A stretch of 31,358 nucleotides of DNA, taken from a candidate division WOR-3 bacterium (GTDB lineage: Bacteria > Hydrothermota > Tepidihabitantia > SM23-42 > JAOAFX01). Position 1 is the stretch's first letter. Each line of letters opens with the position of its first letter. The translations under genes were made by a program, and so were the position numbers. The DNA lies in the NCBI GenBank assembly GCA_037444665.1, contig JBBILZ010000029.1, positions 1-31,358 of the forward strand, written 5' to 3'. The notes below the pieces were generated by a model that worked only from the letters and a program-made list of their open reading frames with translations, was not told where the DNA came from and made no database searches. Below are positions 26,121 to 31,358 of the stretch, in pieces.

Positions 26121-28578
26121 ATGAAAACTCCAAAGATAGCCTTCTTAATCGGTGCATCGGTCATACTCCTGTGGGGGGGGGTATACGATTGACTACTCTC
26201 CCAATGAATTCTCTTTTTATAAAGACCAGGGCTATGACCGTATAAAGGCACCAAAGTTTAGCCTTCATGGCGAACCCGGCACACCTGAGTTGCCGGCAGT
26301 CTATCTCAATTACATCATTCCACCAAATGCAAGGGCAGAGTCGGTTATTGTATCTCAGTTCCAGTATATCCAGATTCCTGGTGAATACCTGATTTATCCT
26401 GCCCAACCACCAAGGGTTATCGGTGAGTCTGTTCCCTGGGTTCCGCCTGATACTATTATCTATAACTCTGACAATCTCTTTCCTGGTGAGTTTATAAAGG
26501 TTGTTGGTGAAGGTGTTATGGATGGTGCAAGGATTGTCACAGTGGAAGTGAAACCACTCCAGTATCGTCCAAAGACAAAGAGATTATACCTTGTCCGCCC
26601 CATTGATTTTGAGTTTGTCTTCAGTCCACAACCTGTTCCTGAATTGAGGCCAAGGGTAAGGGGAATAAATGAGCAGGCGGTTTATGATGTGGCATTGAGA
26701 AATGTCGTTGTAAATGACAATGAGATTTCGGTTTATTATCAGAAACCAGCGATAGTTGAAGAAAGTCAGATAGGTGGTGCTGCACCATATCCGATAGGAC
26801 CTGCTATTATCATTGCCCCGCTGGAATTCCATTCCGCATTCCAGCCTTATGCTGACTGGATGACTGACCAGGGAATAAAAACATATCTCATCACACCCCA
26901 GACAATCTACCAGTTTTTCCCGGGTGTGGACAATGCTGAAAAAGTTCGCAACTACATAAAATACTGCTATGAGAATGCAGGCGGCACTTATTTCATTCTT
27001 GGTGGTGATGATTGCTCAAGCCAGCATATAAATCTTGTGCCTGTGAGATGGTGTGTGGAATATGTAGACGATGAAGACACAATTATACCGGCCGATCTCT
27101 ACTTCTCAGATCTGACAGGTAATTGGGATGCTGATGGAGATGGACGGTGGGGTGAATGGGAGGATGAGCCAGACCGATGGCCCGAAGTCTTTGTTGGAAG
27201 AATCACTGCCTATACTACACAGGAAGTTACCAACTGGGTAACAAAGGCTCTACATTACGAAAAAACACCGGGAGTAATTTTTGATACTGCACTCTGGATA
27301 TACTCAAGCCCTGTTGGCACCGGCAATGCCCCATCTGTTTTCCCTGGTCATATTTCTCATATTTTTGCACAGGATTACTGGGCTGATGCAGCATTATATC
27401 TATTGAGTAATGGCTATGGAATTATGAATCTGAATTGCCATGGGAATGCGGGTGATTACCGAATAAGGCATAATCCTAATGCAGACCATCATAGTTGGTG
27501 GCCTAATCCACCAGACCCGTATAAAGCCGGGCTTAACTGGTTAACAAATCTCAACAGATACTTTGTTGGATATGCGATATCCTGCTATGTTGGCGCATAC
27601 GATACACTCGCACATCCAATTTATTATGAAAACGGCACAGATACCTGTATTGCGGATGCCTATGTTGATGCCTATCTTTATAATCAGCAAGGAAATTTGG
27701 GTCCTTTTGGTGCTGTTGCATTTCTTGCGAATACACGTAATGGCTTATGGCAGGGAGGTGGACCTTCATATGACTTGCAGTTTGCTTTTTGGAAAATTAT
27801 TTTTAATCCTTGGTGGGTCGGTGCACCGCCAGAGCCATCCTTGACCAGAATCGGTGTTGCGGAATCTTTTTCCAAGTGTGATGAAATTATTCACTGGTTT
27901 ATTTATGATCATAGATATGTTTGTTACGGTCACACTCTCTTTGGTTCTCCCGTTACCGAGGTCTGGACAAAGACCCCGGGTAATATGAGTGTATCCCATC
28001 CAAGACAGATTTATGCAGGTCAGCAGGTGCAGTTTACTGTTACAGTGAGAGACGCATTAGACGGAAGAAGACTCCAGTATGCCAAGGTCTGTTTGAATAA
28101 ACCAAATGACATATATCAGGTTGGCTCAACAAATTCCAATGGTCAGGTGACATTCACTATCACACCCCAATCATCGGGCACAATGAAAATTACCGTCACA
28201 CGACTCCATAATGCAGATAATCTTACTTATAATCAGTATCGGCCATCACAAACAACCTGTTTGGTGCTGGAGCCATTAGGTGGTGGACAATCTTCTGATT
28301 CCGATGAACTACTTCCAACCTCACTCTGTATTACTCATCTCCCAGCACTTGCTGAAGAAAAATTGGCAATATCCTATGGTATTCCTGAACCGGGCGATGT
28401 CTTAATTACAGTTTATGATATTACTGGCTCAGTTGTGAAATCAATAACCCATACATACCGTCATCCAGGATACTATCAGAAAACAATAAGTGCTGAAGGA
28501 CTATCCAGTGGTATCTACTTTCTTGTCGTCAGACAAAATAATGAGAAGGTCTCCAAAAAATTCCTTCTCATAAAGTAA
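26121..28578 (+). pseudogene. Gingipain-like C25 cysteine peptidase (signal peptide, propeptide, catalytic domain, Ig domain, T9SS-like CTD), frameshifted at a G9 tract after the signal peptide
   Basis: SD GAGGAGG + ATG 26121 gives MKTPKIAFLIGASVILLWGGVYD*; body is in the +1 frame: GEPGTPELP propeptide, YFILGGD, DLYFSDL, VFVGRI, catalytic NCHG and SCY, LFGSP. Confidence 0.8.
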
Positions 28579-28587
28579 AATAAAAGA

Positions 28588-28604
28588 TGCCTTCGCCGTC
28601 TCCA
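28588..28604 (+). repeat. Right arm of the 17-bp inverted repeat
   Basis: tgccttcgccgtctcca, 9 nt after the C25 stop. Confidence 0.9.
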
Positions 28605-28631
28605 TTTATCTAAATAATTAAAGGGGGTGTT

Positions 28632-30074
28632 ATGAAAGTATTTGGATTGTTAATATTTTCTGCCCTTTACTTTGGCCAAATCAACTGGGAGATAGAGGTT
28701 GTGGATACGGTCATTAACTCTCCTACTGGATATGAATTTCAAAATTCCCTTATCGTGGATACTGTTGGGTTGCCGCACATTGTTTACAACAAAAGGGGAT
28801 ACAGTGAATTGATTTATACAACAAAAATGAATAACAATTGGTCCAGAGAGACCATTGATTCAGGATTATTCTATGCCTGTCCATCAATTGCCTCTGATAA
28901 AAATGGCAGGTTACACTGCAGTTATTATCAGGTTGTGGGGCAATCCGCCTATTTAACCTATGTCTATCGCGATTCAACGAGATGGGTTAAATTTACGGTT
29001 GATTCAATTTTTGGTATCTTAACAAATTGGTGGTTTTCCTCGTATTTTCGCACCGAGATTGAGATTGATACCTGTGGTTATCCGGGGATTGCCTATGTTT
29101 CCTGGAATCCCTTAGATTCGTTATTTTACATAAAGTATATCCATTACAACGGTCTTGATTGGGATTCATCGGTTGTTGAGTATGATACAGTTTGGGCAGG
29201 ACATCTTGTTCCTTCAGATTGGTCAGTAAATTTAGAAATCAATTCCCATAATAGACCACTCATTGCCTTTCATCAAATTTATAGTGGTCCGGGTAATGAT
29301 ACCATTAAGTTAGGCATCTGGAGTGATAGTCTGCAGGCTTGGGTTGTGGAGCCAGTGCTATGTAATCCCTATGGTGGGGCATCTATCTCTCTGGTTTTAA
29401 ACAATCAGGATTACCCTTATATAGCGCATGGTGTGGATGTAGGGCTTTATTGCACCTGGTGGGATGGAGCAGCCTGGCAGAGTGAATATACGGGGATTGA
29501 TATAGGATGGTTGGAAATAAGATTGTCTTTGGCACTTGATAGTATGAGCAGACCTCACATATTTTATCACCCATATGGCCCGGTAAAGTATTGTTATAAA
29601 GATACAATATGGAATGATTGCGGCAGAGTAGATTCTACCCTGGACAATTTGGGAGATATTAATTTATTACTAAATAGTGCTGGGCAACCGCTGGTACTAT
29701 TTAGGTTTGGCGATTGGGATAGTGTGACTCAATCTAATTATAATGGTATCAAATATGCCAAAGGCACTTTTGTGGGGATTGAAGAGAATGATTCTAAATA
29801 CTTACTGCATGATACTGGATTAAAGATAGAGATTTATCCAAGTGTTGCGGATGTTGTTTTGAATATCGGATATGCGACTTCGGTTTCGGGGGATATTGAG
29901 ATAGCCATCTATGATGCTTCTGGCAGAATGATTAAGGCAATAAAGCAGGACAGATGTCTGCCTGGAAAATATCAGAAGGTGGTTGATACTACTGATTTGC
30001 CTACAGGTGTCTATTTTGTGGTTCTTAACCAAGACGATGAGAAGGTCAGTAAAAAATTCTTGCTCATTAAGTAG
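28632..30074 (+). CDS. Secreted beta-propeller-like repeat protein with T9SS-like C-terminal domain
   Basis: Signal peptide; repeated S(L/I)xxDxxGxPHIxY...W blades; VGIEE linker; YDASGRM, GVYFV; SD GGGGGTG. Confidence 0.8.
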   Translation: MKVFGLLIFSALYFGQINWEIEVVDTVINSPTGYEFQNSLIVDTVGLPHIVYNKRGYSELIYTTKMNNNWSRETIDSGLFYACPSIASDKNGRLHCSYYQVVGQSAYLTYVYRDSTRWVKFTVDSIFGILTNWWFSSYFRTEIEIDTCGYPGIAYVSWNPLDSLFYIKYIHYNGLDWDSSVVEYDTVWAGHLVPSDWSVNLEINSHNRPLIAFHQIYSGPGNDTIKLGIWSDSLQAWVVEPVLCNPYGGASISLVLNNQDYPYIAHGVDVGLYCTWWDGAAWQSEYTGIDIGWLEIRLSLALDSMSRPHIFYHPYGPVKYCYKDTIWNDCGRVDSTLDNLGDINLLLNSAGQPLVLFRFGDWDSVTQSNYNGIKYAKGTFVGIEENDSKYLLHDTGLKIEIYPSVADVVLNIGYATSVSGDIEIAIYDASGRMIKAIKQDRCLPGKYQKVVDTTDLPTGVYFVVLNQDDEKVSKKFLLIK

Positions 30075-30137
30075 TGAGTATTGTTTCTTATTATGTCAAA
30101 AAATTTTTTCTGCTGAAAATGCTATAATTCTGCTCTT

Positions 30138-30381
30138 TTACAAAAGATTGAATTTTTTCAATGCTTCAGCAACTTTTGTATCTACCTTTAATAAGGTTGG
30201 TTAATTGATCAAACCGTTTGTCAATTGACTCAAACCGCTTATCAACGCTTACCTGAAATTCCTTGAGTGTCGCCTCAATCCTTATCAACCGGTCACGGTC
30301 TTCAAGCGTATAAGGGATTTCTTTTGCAAGAAGATTGGATAAGGTGAGAAGTGCCAAAGCCGGGATTATTTTTTGCTTCAT
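30138..30381 (-). pseudogene. Coiled-coil (DKRF-repeat) membrane protein gene with probable internal deletion and frameshift
   Basis: Signal peptide + EIPYTLEDRDRLIRIE...VDKRFESIDKRFDQL; another frame continues KVDTKVAEALKKFNLL* ending at 30138. Confidence 0.6.
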
Positions 30382-30429
30382 GGTTTAAATATACTCAGAT
30401 TTCAAGTAATGTTAAGACTGTAGACCATA

Positions 30430-30890
30430 ATAATTCATTACCCCGGATTGCCAAGCGCCTTGATGCCTCACTTAATCGCTTCTTCTTCGCATTTGGTCAT
30501 TATATCCCGTATCCCTATTATGACCCGATATATAATATTCTCTCTGGAGGTGAATATTATCCTGCTCGCTGGTATGTTGGTTACAATCCAGTGATTCCCG
30601 GGATTGAGGAAGGTCATCGTCAGAAACCGCAGAAAGTCAACCCAATTATATCACCAAACCCAATTGTCGATAAGGCAGTTATTTCATACACAATTCCGAC
30701 ATCAGGTGATGTATCCCTTAAACTCTATAGTACAGATGGTCGCCTGGTAAAAATCCTTGATCAGGGCTACCGTGCAGCTGGAAATTATACTTCAGTCATC
30801 AAGGGAGATGGATTACCTGCAGGTACTAACTTTTTAATCCTTGAGATGAAGAATTACAAAAATACACATTCATTGGTGCTTGTGCATTAA
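30430..30890 (+). pseudogene. 5'-truncated remnant of a secreted protein retaining its T9SS-like CTD
   Basis: PGIEE linker, SPNP, YSTDGRLV, LPAGTNFL; no SD or signal peptide; listed GTG start lies inside the opposite-strand gene. Left boundary approximate. Confidence 0.65.
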
Positions 30891-30948
30891 TAGAAACTGC
30901 CTCATATTGAAATGTTGGATAGATAGAACCTGCATTATTCATGTGCAA

Positions 30949-31087
30949 TGTCATTGCGGGCACACGCCGAAGGCATGGGCATGGCAATCCTGATTAAGTT
31001 TCCTCATTTCACTCGTGATGACCCTCTGGGAGCGAATTTGATTATTCCTTGATGTTTATTAGATGCTGAAACAAGTTCAGCATGACA
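30949..31087. repeat. Cluster of TGTCAT/ATGACA-type REP-like elements
   Basis: tgtcattgcggg...ggcaatcc (30949-30990); atgctgaa-acaag-ttcagcat-gaca (31063-31087). Confidence 0.55.
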
Positions 31088-31197
31088 TCTTGTCCTTTTT
31101 TATTACAAAAAACAAATTTCGGTGTGAAGATGCAGAAAATTAATGGTTTGTGATGAAGTTTAAAGATCGGACTAAACTTATTAATAATTCAAATTAA

Positions 31198-31358
31198 TCA
31201 GGTTTTAAGCAGAGAATGGTAAAGATTTATTGTGGTTTCTGACGGTTCACAACCCAGTTCTTTTTTGAATATCTGGGCACATTTTTTATATTGCTCAATC
31301 GCCTTTTCTTTTTTTCCTGCCTGGATATAGGCAGACATTAAAAATCGGTGTGCCTCTA
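31198..31358 (-). CDS. 3' end of a BTAD (SARP-type transcriptional activator domain) protein; start outside window
   Basis: Hand translation: EAHRFLMSAYIQAGKKEKAIEQYKKCAQIFKKELGCEPSETTINLYHSLLKT*, typical BTAD C-terminus (ELGxEP). Confidence 0.8.
   Translation of the reverse strand, partial: EAHRFLMSAYIQAGKKEKAIEQYKKCAQIFKKELGCEPSETTINLYHSLLKT

Noticed and set aside
26152..26154. GTG start given for the 808-aa C25 ORF
   Set aside because: No SD and no signal peptide; the true start is ATG 26121 in another frame
26190..26192. Selenocysteine or stop readthrough at the early TGA of the C25 gene
   Set aside because: The protease body is in a different frame, so readthrough would not restore it
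31317..31334. Palindrome ctgcct-ggatat-aggcag as a REP
   Set aside because: Falls within the BTAD coding frame (SAYIQAG); short enough to be chance

Overview
AT-rich bacterial chromosomal window with no rRNA, tRNA, CRISPR array, transposase or recombinase that I can see. Gene content (many secreted proteins with T9SS-like C-terminal Ig domains, thermophile/archaeal-type PDO and UPF0282) suggests a diderm anaerobe such as candidate division WOR-3 (inference). Left part (434-5630, minus strand): metal/redox operon with two rubrerythrin-like ferritins, IscU/NifU, a double zinc ribbon, protein disulfide oxidoreductase, a bacterioferritin-like protein and CopA. Middle (5797-20256, plus strand): housekeeping run sucC-sucD-secA-degenerate PLP enzyme-parvulin PPIase-galT-glgA-ilvE-rpiB-UPF0282 MBL hydrolase-MoxR. 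Right (20350-31358): unstable region of secreted proteins, including Asp-box proteins, a beta-helix lipoprotein, a frameshifted gingipain-like C25 protease, a beta-propeller protein, gene remnants and the 3' end of a BTAD regulator. Most notable: a perfect 17-bp inverted repeat encloses the whole C25 gene between its promoter and the next gene, and its 13-bp core recurs in a homologous leader 26 kb away. Also notable: a G9 tract at the C25 frameshift, an apparent in-frame segment swap in the beta-helix lipoprotein, 33-bp direct repeats around rpiB, heptamer-repeat hairpins, a Cys8 insert in SecA, and consistent CTTGAC/16-bp-spacer promoters with several leaderless genes.
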